This document shows, piece by piece, positions 9,384-19,202 of a DNA stretch of 29,844 nt. The DNA is taken from positions 1-29,844 of the forward strand of contig JAYTHY010000081.1 in NCBI GenBank assembly GCA_043732185.1, given 5' to 3'. The number at the start of each line of letters is the position of its first letter. The stretch's first letter is position 1. The notes below the pieces were generated by a model, which was not told the DNA's origin, did no database searches, and worked only from the letters and a program-made list of their open reading frames with translations. A program made the translations under genes and the position numbers. This DNA comes from Fibrobacteria bacterium. GTDB taxonomy: Bacteria; Fibrobacterota; Fibrobacteria; UBA11236.

Positions 9384-10238
9384 ATGCCTTTTTTACGAAC
9401 TCAAGTCCTAACTCGAACGCGAATCACCTCACTGCCATGGTTGGCGGCATTTTCGTTGCTTGCCCTGCCGGGTTGCTTTTCCCACAAAAAGCTGAGCCAG
9501 GAAGCCAGCTGTCAGGAAAGATGGGACAAGCTCAAAATAAAATTCGACAAGAAAAAATATTCGGAGGTTAAAGAACCGCTATCGGAATTGGTTTCTTCCT
9601 GTCCCGGGTCGGCTTTTACTGAAGAAGCCCTTTTCGACGTAGGGGAATCGCGCTTCTACCTTGAAGATTGGATTGAAGCGGAATCCGATTACAGCACCTT
9701 CTTAAAAGACTTTCCTTCTTCCAAGAAATTTGCGGAACGGGCCCGGTGGCGTTTGGCGGAAGTTTCGGCTAAGCAAGTGGAACCGCCTAATCGGGATCAG
9801 ACGAAAACACTCGATGCCATTCAGGGCTACGAAAGATTTTTGGATGAATATCCTGAATCCGCCTATGCAGATACGGCCAAACTTCAGCTAGAGAAGCTCA
9901 AGGATCAGTTGGTGACCAAACAAATGCAAATCGCCCATTTGTATAGCCGCATGGATGAGCCTCAGGCCGCAGCCATCTATTACAAGCAGCTACTCAAGGA
10001 TTATGGCACACGCGTCAATGAGCGCGATATCAATTTGAAGCTGGCGGAATGTTATACCGAAATGCGGCAGTTCGACGAAGCGGATGCATTTTTGGCCAAG
10101 TTTGATGGCATAGCCAAGGATGATCCGTTCCGCAACAAGGTCAAGCACGCCTTTACTGAATTGGCTAAAGCCCGCGCTAAGGTGGACCTTCAAAAAAAAG
10201 AGGAGCAGCAACAGGACAAGCGCCAGGAACCAATGTGA
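9384..10238 (+). CDS. bamD: Outer membrane protein assembly factor BamD
   Basis: LPG-C lipobox, TPRs, RDQTKTLDAIQGYERFLDEYPESAY and IAHLY..M....AAAIYY motifs. Confidence 0.85.
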   Translation: MPFLRTQVLTRTRITSLPWLAAFSLLALPGCFSHKKLSQEASCQERWDKLKIKFDKKKYSEVKEPLSELVSSCPGSAFTEEALFDVGESRFYLEDWIEAESDYSTFLKDFPSSKKFAERARWRLAEVSAKQVEPPNRDQTKTLDAIQGYERFLDEYPESAYADTAKLQLEKLKDQLVTKQMQIAHLYSRMDEPQAAAIYYKQLLKDYGTRVNERDINLKLAECYTEMRQFDEADAFLAKFDGIAKDDPFRNKVKHAFTELAKARAKVDLQKKEEQQQDKRQEPM

Positions 10239-10819
10239 AGTATTGCATATTCGGTGGCGCCTTCGATCCTCCACATGAGGGCCACCGGTATTTGGCACGT
10301 ATCGCTTGCGAGACTCTAGGACTGGACGGTTTGATTTGGGTCCCTACTCCAGACCCGCCTCACAAAAGTCGCCCGAGCACCCCCTTTAAACATCGGTTGG
10401 CCATGGTAAAATCGTTTGCCGCCACCCAGCCCAAACAACAGGTTTCTGACATTGAATCGCGCTTGTCCTGTCCCTCCTACTCCTTGCATTCCATCCGCGC
10501 TCTTAAAGCAGAATACGGTCGAGAACATACTTGGTATTTTCTAATCGGCGCGGACAATTGGGCGATTTTTCCTACTTGGTACCTCCATCAAGAAATTATG
10601 CAGGAAGTCATTTTGGTGGTTTTCCCACGCACGGGTTATACAGTGGATCATTTTCCAAAAGGTGTTTTAAAACTGGATATGCAGGAGATGGGAGTTCAAT
10701 CCAGCCAAATCCGGCAATCCCTGGCATTGACACGGGATTTGACTAACGCGAATGTACCCGATGAAGTGCGCGCATATATTCAGCTCAACCACTTGTATGG
10801 AGTGGATTCACCGATATGA
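10235..10819 (+). CDS. nadD: Nicotinate-nucleotide adenylyltransferase
   Basis: FGGAFDPPHEGH, PPHK, FLIGAD, SSQIR; GTG start overlaps the bamD stop. Confidence 0.92.
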   Translation: MKYCIFGGAFDPPHEGHRYLARIACETLGLDGLIWVPTPDPPHKSRPSTPFKHRLAMVKSFAATQPKQQVSDIESRLSCPSYSLHSIRALKAEYGREHTWYFLIGADNWAIFPTWYLHQEIMQEVILVVFPRTGYTVDHFPKGVLKLDMQEMGVQSSQIRQSLALTRDLTNANVPDEVRAYIQLNHLYGVDSPI

Positions 10820-11679
10820 AGTCTGTACTAGGCACTGTCCTTTTTATTTTGAGTGCAGTAGTTCAATTGGCCTATGCATCCCCAGCACCCCTGCATGCGG
10901 ATAGCAGTTCGGGTAAATTCGATAGCCTAGAAACCCTTTTGAGCAATCGAAGTCTGGGTATTTCCATTTATCTGGGTGTGGACTTTATCGATTTTGGCGG
11001 CAAGGAAAATTTCCAAAAAGCGTTAACGGTCCGTATCGCAACCGACGCACCTTCCCGCACCGATAGCTTAAAGGCCTTGCAAAATTTTGAGTCCGTTCAT
11101 CTCGCTTTTCCTGTAGGGGTTCAGGCAGTCTTACCGATTAGCGCGTACTTGGATGTCGTGGCTAAAACCCATTCCTACTGGTACAAGCAAACGGCAATAT
11201 TGGGAAACAGAATCACTAACGCTCATGCCGCTGATGAGTGGTATGCTGTTCAGGCTAATTTGATAGGAACAGGAATTCGCTATTACCTGACTCCAGCCTT
11301 GTTGTCAGTCACTGGACAACTTGGTTTGTACACGCAAGGTGTGTGGTATTGGAACCTGGGCCATACGGAGTTGTATTCTCCCTATGGTAATGCCCCGGCG
11401 GTATTTAATCCATTTGGATCCGGTTACGAAATTCAATTGGGATTTCAGCAGGCAATACTCAAGCCATGGAAACTCACAGGATCTATTGGCTATTTGCATC
11501 AGGAATTTAAATCGGAAAAGCAGTGGCAAATTCTCCTGGCCTATGCGGCTCCTTCGGGAAAAGTTGCTTGGAACAGTTCCTCGGTCCAGGCCAATCTCAA
11601 CCTCTGGTACCATTTTGGTGTCGTTTCTCAAATCCCGCATAAGAAACCCGCTCCTGCCGACAGTTCCCGTCGATTATAG
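10816..11679 (+). CDS. Hypothetical exported protein, probable outer-membrane beta-barrel
   Basis: Signal peptide (LAYA-S); amphipathic beta strands with aromatic ends (GTGIRYY, GYEIQLGF, ANLNLWYHFG). Confidence 0.55.
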   Translation: MKSVLGTVLFILSAVVQLAYASPAPLHADSSSGKFDSLETLLSNRSLGISIYLGVDFIDFGGKENFQKALTVRIATDAPSRTDSLKALQNFESVHLAFPVGVQAVLPISAYLDVVAKTHSYWYKQTAILGNRITNAHAADEWYAVQANLIGTGIRYYLTPALLSVTGQLGLYTQGVWYWNLGHTELYSPYGNAPAVFNPFGSGYEIQLGFQQAILKPWKLTGSIGYLHQEFKSEKQWQILLAYAAPSGKVAWNSSSVQANLNLWYHFGVVSQIPHKKPAPADSSRRL

Positions 11680-11701
11680 CCCTTTTTCTCATTTGGTCAA
11701 A

Positions 11702-11730
11702 TTGCAATCCCCTGCGGAAACGGCTATTTT
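11702..11730 (+). promoter_or_regulatory. Sigma70-type promoter for purC, leaderless geometry
   Basis: TTGCAA-N17-TATTTT-N6-ATG; no Shine-Dalgarno. Confidence 0.55.
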
Positions 11731-11736
11731 TACTGC

Positions 11737-12642
11737 ATGACTATGCTTTCTGACACTCCGCCCCCAGCCAATCCGCCCCCCATCACCGAAGTACCGCTTT
11801 TTGCCCGAGGCAAGGTACGGGATGTGTACGATCTCGGCGAACGACTTTTAATGGTCGCAACGGATCGTTTGTCCGCCTTTGATGTGGTTCTGCCCACTCC
11901 GGTTCCCGGAAAAGGTGCCATACTCACGCAGCTTTCGGTTTTCTGGTTCAAACATTTAGGCGTGCCCAGTCATTTTATTTCCGCCGACCTAAAAGATTTG
12001 CCTGCATCCTTGCAACGTCATTCCGACTATTTGCGGGGCCGCTTCATGTTGGTAAAAAAGGCTAAACGATTTGATGTCGAATGCGTGGCGCGTGGTTACC
12101 TAGTGGGTTCGGGCTGGAAGGATTATCAAGCTACCGGGTCCGTGTGCGGCCATGTTCTGCCTGCCGGCCTGCAACAGAGTTGCCGTTTGGATCCCCCTTT
12201 GTTCACTCCCGCCGCCAAAAATGATATTGGCCATGATGAAAATATTGATTTCAGTGCGATGGAAAAAATTGTCGGACCTAAAGATGCCAGTCATTTACAG
12301 AAATTGACCCTAGATATTTATTCCCAGGCTCGCACTTTTGCGGCAACCAAAGGGGTCATCATCGCGGATACCAAATTCGAGTTCGGTATAGTAGATGGAC
12401 AAACTATTTTAATCGACGAAGTGCTTACGCCGGACTCGTCGCGTTTCTGGCCGGCGGCCAATTACCGTGAAGGCCATGAACAGGACAGTTTCGATAAACA
12501 ATACGTGCGCGATTATCTAAATACCTTAAGTTGGGATAAAAACTATCCGGGTCCCGAATTGCCGCCGGAAGTAGTGGAAAAAACCCGCCAAAAATATCTG
12601 GAAGCCTTTGCATTATTGACTGGAGAGCCATTTCGTGAGTAA
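11737..12642 (+). CDS. purC: SAICAR synthetase
   Basis: RGKVRDVY, DRLSAFDVV, ECVARGYLVGSGWKDY, ADTKFEFG, DEVLTPDSSRFW. Confidence 0.97.
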   Translation: MTMLSDTPPPANPPPITEVPLFARGKVRDVYDLGERLLMVATDRLSAFDVVLPTPVPGKGAILTQLSVFWFKHLGVPSHFISADLKDLPASLQRHSDYLRGRFMLVKKAKRFDVECVARGYLVGSGWKDYQATGSVCGHVLPAGLQQSCRLDPPLFTPAAKNDIGHDENIDFSAMEKIVGPKDASHLQKLTLDIYSQARTFAATKGVIIADTKFEFGIVDGQTILIDEVLTPDSSRFWPAANYREGHEQDSFDKQYVRDYLNTLSWDKNYPGPELPPEVVEKTRQKYLEAFALLTGEPFRE

Positions 12643-14269
12643 AAAGACCGCCCTTATTAGCGTTTCGGACAAAACTGGACTGCTGGCTTTCGCCAAAGCC
12701 TTGGCTGCCATGGACATCCGCATCTTGAGCACCGGAGGCACGCTCAAATATTTGCAAGAGCAAGGCATTCCTGCCAAGGCAATCTCAGAGCATACCGGTT
12801 CACCGGAAATTCTTGATGGCCGAGTGAAAACCTTGCATCCCAAAATTCACGGCGGCATACTTGCCATTCGCGATAATGAAACACACCAATCTGCCATGCA
12901 GGCCAATGGCATAGAGCCCATCGATATTGTCGCGGTCAATCTCTACCCTTTCCGAGAAACCGTTGCCAAGGAGAACGTGGCGATTGAAGAAGCTATTGAA
13001 AATATCGATATCGGTGGCCCGGCCATGTTACGATCCTCTGCAAAAAACTACCGGTTTGTCTCAGTCATCTGCGACCCCGCCGATTATATGCGCGTCGCAC
13101 AGGAGCTGCGCCAGGAAGGTCAAACAGCACCGGCAACCCGTCAAATGTTGGCGCTTAAGGCGTTCCGTCATACGGCGGATTATGACTCCGCCATCGATGA
13201 ATTCCTTTCCACTCGCTTTACCGGATCGCCTTCCCTGAGGCTTTCGTTTAGTCAAGGACAAGTCCTCCGCTATGGGGAAAACGATCATCAAAAAGCCTCC
13301 TTTTTTCTTGAGAAGGAAGCTTTGTCCGCTCAGGAAGCCTTGTCCGCTCAGGAACCCAATATTGGCAGCGCGCGCCAATTGCATGGTAAGGAATTGAGCT
13401 ACAATAATCTTGTGGATGCAGATGCTGCGTTGGAAGCCGTCCGCGATTTGCATGACGTTCCAGCCGTGGCCATCATCAAGCACACCAATCCCTGTGGTTA
13501 TGCCACTGGCACCACGTTAGATCAGGCCTTCGCCGCTGCCTGGGAGGGGGACCCCGTTTCAGCCTTCGGCTCCGTTATAGCCGTTTCCCGCCAAATGGAT
13601 CTGGCCACCGCTGAGTTGCTAAAAGGACGCTTTGTGGAATTGGTTATCGCTCCCGGTTTCGCACCGGATGCATTGGAGTATTTAAAAAAGAAAAGCAAGG
13701 ACCTACGCCTGCTCGATATTGGAAGTCTGGTTCCGGCTAAAAATCGAAAAGTGTATAAACATATTCTCGGCGGCATGCTGGTTCAGGATCGAGATGTGGA
13801 GTTGCATCGCAAATGGGAATCGGCAACGCAAACGGTTTTTCCGAATAGCTTCATGGCCTTGGCTGAATTTACTTGGAAAGCCTGCAAGCATGTGAAGTCC
13901 AATGCCATTGTCATCGGTCAGGAATATGCTCCGGGCCAATTCCAATTGCTAGGCATGGGTCCCGGTCAGCCCAATCGCATTGATTCCAATCTGAAACTCT
14001 GTCAGCCACGTGCACGTGAATATCTGCATCGACAGGCTGTGCAAAAAGGTTTGGAACCGGAGGCTTTCATAAAAGCGGAGCTGGCAAAATGCATTATGGC
14101 ATCCGACGCCTTTTTCCCTTTTGACGATAATGTGATTGCGGCCCATGAAGGTGGAATACGATATATTGTTCAACCTGGTGGGTCACTGCGCGATCAAGAG
14201 GTGATTGCGACAGCTGATAAATTGGGAGTGGCTATGCTTTTTACGGGGACGCGGCATTTTCGCCATTGA
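12635..14269 (+). CDS. purH: Bifunctional AICAR transformylase/IMP cyclohydrolase
   Basis: ALISVSDKTG, GRVKTLHPKIHGGIL, IDIGGP, LRYGEN, KHTNPCG, ASDAFFPF, RHFRH. Confidence 0.97.
   Translation: MSKKTALISVSDKTGLLAFAKALAAMDIRILSTGGTLKYLQEQGIPAKAISEHTGSPEILDGRVKTLHPKIHGGILAIRDNETHQSAMQANGIEPIDIVAVNLYPFRETVAKENVAIEEAIENIDIGGPAMLRSSAKNYRFVSVICDPADYMRVAQELRQEGQTAPATRQMLALKAFRHTADYDSAIDEFLSTRFTGSPSLRLSFSQGQVLRYGENDHQKASFFLEKEALSAQEALSAQEPNIGSARQLHGKELSYNNLVDADAALEAVRDLHDVPAVAIIKHTNPCGYATGTTLDQAFAAAWEGDPVSAFGSVIAVSRQMDLATAELLKGRFVELVIAPGFAPDALEYLKKKSKDLRLLDIGSLVPAKNRKVYKHILGGMLVQDRDVELHRKWESATQTVFPNSFMALAEFTWKACKHVKSNAIVIGQEYAPGQFQLLGMGPGQPNRIDSNLKLCQPRAREYLHRQAVQKGLEPEAFIKAELAKCIMASDAFFPFDDNVIAAHEGGIRYIVQPGGSLRDQEVIATADKLGVAMLFTGTRHFRH
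13314..13354 (+). repeat. In-frame 18-bp tandem duplication inside purH (EALSAQ x2)
   Basis: aggaagctttgtccgctc / aggaagccttgtccgctc / aggaa, with one synonymous mismatch. Confidence 0.9.
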
Positions 14270-14288
14270 GAGATAAACGACGGGAATT

Positions 14289-14738
14289 ATGATCGAAATC
14301 AATCCACAATTGCAGTCCAAAATTTTCGCTTCCCTGCTTTTACACATGAAGGCGGAACGGGCGGGATCGCATACTTCGGTAATATCCGCGCCTGCTTGGG
14401 CCAAACTGGCATCGGATTTACACGGTATTGGGTTGAATAAAACCACCGCAGATGCGCTCATTTTTTGGGCGAACTCCCAAGCAGAACAAAGCCGCCAGAC
14501 TCCAGTAAAAATTCGGGTCTTGCACCCCATGGAAAGGGAGTTCATTTCCGTCGATGCGTATGATTACCTGTTGGAGCTCTACCGGCTTGGTTTGATTGGG
14601 CCCCCGCAGCTGGAAATGCTAATCGAAAACTGCGCCTTTCTCACTTCCCTGCCTGCGACACGCGAACAAATACAGAAAATGGTGCTCAGATCCTTTTCAG
14701 AAAGCCTGGAAAACCAAGGGCTCGGCGTTTCCCATTGA
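14289..14738 (+). CDS. Smg/DUF494-family protein
   Basis: IRVLHPMEREFISVDAYDYLLELYRLGLI...LEMLIE resembles the Smg C-terminal core; lies next to trmFO. Confidence 0.7.
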   Translation: MIEINPQLQSKIFASLLLHMKAERAGSHTSVISAPAWAKLASDLHGIGLNKTTADALIFWANSQAEQSRQTPVKIRVLHPMEREFISVDAYDYLLELYRLGLIGPPQLEMLIENCAFLTSLPATREQIQKMVLRSFSESLENQGLGVSH

Positions 14739-16060
14739 TTCCAGTCAAAGTCATTGGTGGCGGTCTTTCCGGCTGTGAAGCGGCATTGCAATTGGCAGAC
14801 GCCGGATTGGCGGTTACGCTTTGGGAAATGCGGCCGAAGGTTGCGACTCCGGCGCATCGAACCGGTAACTTAGCGGAACTCGTCTGCTCCAATTCCTTTA
14901 AAGGCATGGCTTTTACATCGGCCCATGGACTTTTTAAAGAAGAACTGATGCGACAAGGTTCGCGTCTCCTGCGCATTGCCCTGGAAGCCCGAGTTCCTGC
15001 CGGTGAAAGCCTCGCTATCGATCGTGAACTGTTTTCTGCTGGAGTGGAAAAAGCCATTGCCTCACATCCGAATATTACTTTGCAGCGCGAGGAAGTCACT
15101 ACTTTAGATCCCGCAGAACTGACGGTTTTAGCTACTGGACCGTTGAGTTCCGATCATCTGACCAAAGCGTTGTTCGCTTTAATAGGATCGGATCGTCTCT
15201 ATTTTTTTGACTCCATAGCCCCGGTGGTGGAACTCGATAGCGTCGATCTGGACCAGGCTTACGCTAAAAACCGCTGGGACAAAGGAGATGCCCCGGATTT
15301 TCTGAATTGCCCATTGGACAAGGAAACCTATTTCGCTTTTGTAAATGCCTTGCGAGAAGCCGATACCGTGGAACCCAAGCCCTTTGAAAAAGGCCAATTG
15401 TTCGAGGGCTGTTTGCCCGTTGAGGAAATGGCCCGACGAGGACCAGAAACGTTGCGCTACGGACCGATGCGACCCATTGGCCTCCGCGATCCGCGCTCGG
15501 ACAAAAATCCTTTTGCCGTCATTCAATTGCGCGCCGAAAATCGTCAACGCACGCTGTACAATCTGGTTGGATTTCAAACGCGGTTGAAATGGGGCACGCA
15601 GAAAGAACTATTCGCCATGGTACCGGCCCTGCGCAACGCTGTCTTTGCCAGGTATGGAGCAATGCATCGCAATACTTTTTTAAATGCCCCGCAGGTTTTG
15701 GACTCTGCATTGCGCATCAAAGAGACAAGTATCTATTGCGCGGGACAGATCACGGGTGCGGAAGGCTATACGGAAGCCATTGGAACTGGTTTATACGCAG
15801 CCTCTATGCTGTTGGCCCAGCTTCGAGGTGATTCCACCTTTGCCTGGCCCGCGGTGACGTGCTTAGGCGCTTTGACTGGACATTTAACCGACCCTAATCC
15901 AGATTTTCAACCCATGAATTTCAATTTTGGACTGCTGCCAAAAGTCGACGTGCGTACCAAAAAGGATAAAAAAGCCCAACAAATCGCTGAATGCCTTGCC
16001 GCCTTAGAGTCTTTTCAGGCATTCGACAAGCCTATTGCTTTACCAGCTGGCGCGTTGTAG
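14735..16060 (+). CDS. trmFO: Folate/FAD-dependent tRNA (uracil-54) methyltransferase
   Basis: VIGGGLSGCEAA, AELVCSNSF, FEGCLPVEEMA, LVGFQTRLKW, MHRNTF, AGQITGAEGY, FQPMNFNFGL; TTG start overlaps the upstream stop. Confidence 0.96.
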   Translation: MIPVKVIGGGLSGCEAALQLADAGLAVTLWEMRPKVATPAHRTGNLAELVCSNSFKGMAFTSAHGLFKEELMRQGSRLLRIALEARVPAGESLAIDRELFSAGVEKAIASHPNITLQREEVTTLDPAELTVLATGPLSSDHLTKALFALIGSDRLYFFDSIAPVVELDSVDLDQAYAKNRWDKGDAPDFLNCPLDKETYFAFVNALREADTVEPKPFEKGQLFEGCLPVEEMARRGPETLRYGPMRPIGLRDPRSDKNPFAVIQLRAENRQRTLYNLVGFQTRLKWGTQKELFAMVPALRNAVFARYGAMHRNTFLNAPQVLDSALRIKETSIYCAGQITGAEGYTEAIGTGLYAASMLLAQLRGDSTFAWPAVTCLGALTGHLTDPNPDFQPMNFNFGLLPKVDVRTKKDKKAQQIAECLAALESFQAFDKPIALPAGAL

Positions 16061-16117
16061 AATTACTTCTTATATTGTCTACTAAATACTTGTATAATTA
16101 AACTCCGAGGACACATT

Positions 16118-16534
16118 ATGATGTACGATGAATCCCTAATCGCCCCCATGCGTCAGGAGCTTACTGATCTTGGAATAGCCGAGACCCGCACCGCCGCTGA
16201 TGTGGATAAATATCTTGCGGATACCAAAGGCACCCTCCTAGTCGTTGTGAATTCCGTGTGTGGATGTGCTGCGGCCAATGCCCGACCAGCTGTTGCCACG
16301 GCCATGCAGCATGGCAAACTTCCCGCAAAGGCCATCACGGTTTTCGCCGGCAACGATGCAGAGGCAACATCCAGGGCGAGGTCTTATTTTGTAGGGTATC
16401 AGCCTTCCTCACCCCAGATTGCGCTGTTAAAAGACGGCGAAGTTGTGTTTATGCTTGAACGCCACAATATTTCCGGCAGGAGCGCGGATGATATTGCCGC
16501 GCAAATGACGGAAGCTTTCAACACCTATTGCTGA
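16118..16534 (+). CDS. BrxA/BrxB-family bacilliredoxin
   Basis: PMRQELT, VVNSVCGCAAANARP (CGC motif), TVFAGND, PSSP; GAGG Shine-Dalgarno. Confidence 0.92.
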   Translation: MMYDESLIAPMRQELTDLGIAETRTAADVDKYLADTKGTLLVVVNSVCGCAAANARPAVATAMQHGKLPAKAITVFAGNDAEATSRARSYFVGYQPSSPQIALLKDGEVVFMLERHNISGRSADDIAAQMTEAFNTYC

Positions 16535-16552
16535 GGTAGAGTTTAACGAGGC

Positions 16553-17017
16553 CTAGAGTTCGACTTCGAACAGGGCCTCGACCTCAACCGCTGCATCCAA
16601 GGGCAAGGCCAAAACGCCCACGGTAGTGCGTACATGGCGTCCTACCTCTCCAAAAATCGACTGGCACAAATCGGAAGCGCCATTCAATACCTTGGCATGT
16701 TCGGTAAACCCATCCGCACATTGGACAAAACCTCCTAGCCGTATTACCCGCGTTACCTGGTCGACGGTGATGCCAACCGAACTTAGTGCCGCCAGAAGAT
16801 TCAAAAAACAAAGTTGGGCCGCAGACTGCGCCTCTTTGATATCCAAGTCCGCGCCCACCTTGCCTTTAAAGACCAGGGCACCGTCCTTCATGGGCAGCTG
16901 GCCGGAAGTGTACACCAAATTGCCAAGACGCTTTGCGGCGACATAGGATCCAAGGGACACGGGAGCCGGCGGTACCTGCAATCCCAAAGATTTCAATTTT
17001 TCCATTCGTGCGCTCAT
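16553..17017 (-). CDS. RidA/YjgF-family protein
   Basis: YTSGQLP, NGASDL, FGEVGRHVRTTVGV..LPLDAAVEVE; AGGAG 8 nt before the ATG at 17017. Confidence 0.9.
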   Translation of the reverse strand: MSARMEKLKSLGLQVPPAPVSLGSYVAAKRLGNLVYTSGQLPMKDGALVFKGKVGADLDIKEAQSAAQLCFLNLLAALSSVGITVDQVTRVIRLGGFVQCADGFTEHAKVLNGASDLCQSIFGEVGRHVRTTVGVLALPLDAAVEVEALFEVEL

Positions 17018-17083
17018 TCTCATGGCTCCTGATTGATCTGATTTGCGAAAGATACGTGTGAAGGATAAATATATCTTTCTCAA

Positions 17084-17863
17084 ATGGAGTACATCGACAC
17101 CCACTGTCATTTGGACAGCATTCTTGCCAAACTGAAATTGGCCGATTTTTCAACCTTGCGTTCCCGATTTTTCCCGGCGAATTACGGCGGTTGCATTACT
17201 ATTTCTTGTGATCCCAATTCCATTGCCCCGGCTCTTGCCCTAATGCAGAATGCAAGTGTTTCGGGAGCATTTGGAATCCATCCCCATGATGCGCAGCATT
17301 ATACGTCTGAGTTGGAGTCCGTTCTCATGGAAACCATGGCCCAACCCAAAACTGTAGCTTGGGGTGAAATCGGCTTGGACTATCATTATGAATTTTCTCC
17401 GCGGGAAATCCAGCGCTCGGTTTTTGCGCAACAAATTCGCAAAGGTGTCGCTAGTGGAAAGCCCTTGATTATCCATACTCGTAAGGCGGAAGAGGATACA
17501 CTGGCGATAATGGCCGCGGAAATTCCTAAGCACTGGAAGGTGCACGTGCACTGTTTCACCTCTTCACCTGAAATGGCGGAAAAACTTCTGGACGGCTTTC
17601 CCAACTTATGTCTGGGCTTTACCGGGATTGTCACCTTTAAGAATGCCCAGGAATTACAGACTGTGGTTAAAGCCACGCCGCTCAACCGGATGGTATTGGA
17701 AACGGACGGACCCTATTTGGCGCCAATGCCCCATAGGGGCGAGCCCGCCCACCCTGGACATATTCCCGTAATTGCGGAAAAAATTGCGGCATTAAAAGGG
17801 GTGGCAGTGGAAGAGGTTTATCTGCATGCCAGGGAAAACACGCGGAAGCTATACGGAATCTAG
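17084..17863 (+). CDS. tatD: TatD-family nuclease
   Basis: IDTHCHLD, GIHPH, GEIGLDY, IIHTR, HCFT, LETDGPYLAP. Confidence 0.93.
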   Translation: MEYIDTHCHLDSILAKLKLADFSTLRSRFFPANYGGCITISCDPNSIAPALALMQNASVSGAFGIHPHDAQHYTSELESVLMETMAQPKTVAWGEIGLDYHYEFSPREIQRSVFAQQIRKGVASGKPLIIHTRKAEEDTLAIMAAEIPKHWKVHVHCFTSSPEMAEKLLDGFPNLCLGFTGIVTFKNAQELQTVVKATPLNRMVLETDGPYLAPMPHRGEPAHPGHIPVIAEKIAALKGVAVEEVYLHARENTRKLYGI

Positions 17864-17867
17864 CGGC

Positions 17868-18269
17868 CTATTTATTCTCAAACTCCACGTCTTCATTTTT
17901 TCCCTGGTTTTCGCGCACTTCCTTATCGACCATTTCTTTTTCGACTTTTTCCTGCACTATTTTCTGTTCCCACTCGCGAAAAGATTGATCCAGCGATTTC
18001 CGTTTTTGATCGATTTGAAAATCGAGATCACGTAGCAAGCTGCGCTTTAAATCCCGTTCCGCAATCAGCTTTGCTTCAGTTGGATGAAGCTCCAAACTAT
18101 TTAGGACGATGATATAACTGGTTTCCAGCGTATGCCGCTTGTCTTCCAAATGAGCAATGGTCAATTGCTCTTGATTGATACGATTTCCGTAGTCCGTAAA
18201 GGCACAGGCCGATAGCCAGAGTGCAGATAAGGCTAGCAGGAGTAGTTTAATCGTACAGATCTTCTTCAT
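17868..18269 (-). CDS. Hypothetical coiled-coil lipoprotein
   Basis: MKK.. hydrophobic core and LSA-C lipobox; heptad-like charged helical body. Confidence 0.7.
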   Translation of the reverse strand: MKKICTIKLLLLALSALWLSACAFTDYGNRINQEQLTIAHLEDKRHTLETSYIIVLNSLELHPTEAKLIAERDLKRSLLRDLDFQIDQKRKSLDQSFREWEQKIVQEKVEKEMVDKEVRENQGKNEDVEFENK

Positions 18270-19152
18270 AGCGGAAAAGGTGAATAGGCACTTCAATTTT
18301 CTCTGCCGCCAATGTCATAGTCATATCACCCCGCTCCGATTTGGATTGGAAGCACGGCAACCCGGTTTTTCGATCCACCGAATACTGCAAAATCCCAAAT
18401 ACCGCGGCGACAGTATGCGTGTATTGGCGGAACTTCCGATTGGGAAGCGCGGAGAAATAAAATTGTTCAACCAGCAGGGGCAACGAATCGGTGCGATGGT
18501 AGTACAAAGTATAGTCGAGACAGGACTTCTTCATTCGAGGTCTGGGACCATCAAATCGGGCGGAGTCCACCTTATAGGTTTCCAGCTGGGAATTGAGTGC
18601 CTCGACCGGCAGTGTTTGCTTTGCCTCCAATTTTTGGCCGTATGGAAGGAAATTAGCTGCTCGCCACCAATCCCGGTATTGGGCCCGGTACACGGCCGTA
18701 TCACTTGACAATAACAATTGCTTCCGATACTCCTCTTTTTGTTCGATGCGACTCAAAATACTTTTTAAGGAATCATAGCCTTCAATGCGGGTAGGTACAA
18801 AACTGGAATCCATCCAAAACTTGAGGTCCATTTTTTTTTCCAACTCATGAGGCATGGAAAACTTGTGGTACCCACGGGCCACCAAAGTGTCCAGTTTACG
18901 GTTCATCAGCCATCCACTGCCTTGCTTTTCCAGGCTGTAGGAAAGGGTGGTTTGAAAAATGGTGCCTTCGATTTCCTTATCTTCGTCAATTTTACTCGAA
19001 TACGTTCCCAAATGAAAAACCTGGAAATGCGCAGTATCCGGCCGCTTCGGTTGGAAAACGGCCGTGCGTTCACAGGCCAGCAACCCAAGGCTGGCGAGCC
19101 CGAATAAGGCGAACCTCAATAGGTTCTGTAGACGGTTTTTCCCAAGTTGCAT
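18247..19152 (-). CDS. Hypothetical lipoprotein
   Basis: ATG at 19152 after AAGGTG; LLA-C lipobox; 301-aa ORF overlapping the next gene. Confidence 0.7.
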   Translation of the reverse strand: MQLGKNRLQNLLRFALFGLASLGLLACERTAVFQPKRPDTAHFQVFHLGTYSSKIDEDKEIEGTIFQTTLSYSLEKQGSGWLMNRKLDTLVARGYHKFSMPHELEKKMDLKFWMDSSFVPTRIEGYDSLKSILSRIEQKEEYRKQLLLSSDTAVYRAQYRDWWRAANFLPYGQKLEAKQTLPVEALNSQLETYKVDSARFDGPRPRMKKSCLDYTLYYHRTDSLPLLVEQFYFSALPNRKFRQYTHTVAAVFGILQYSVDRKTGLPCFQSKSERGDMTMTLAAEKIEVPIHLFRYEEDLYD

Positions 19153-19202
19153 GTTCACCTTTCGATCCCTCAAAATATAGTGAATCCCGGTAGCAAACAG
19201 GG

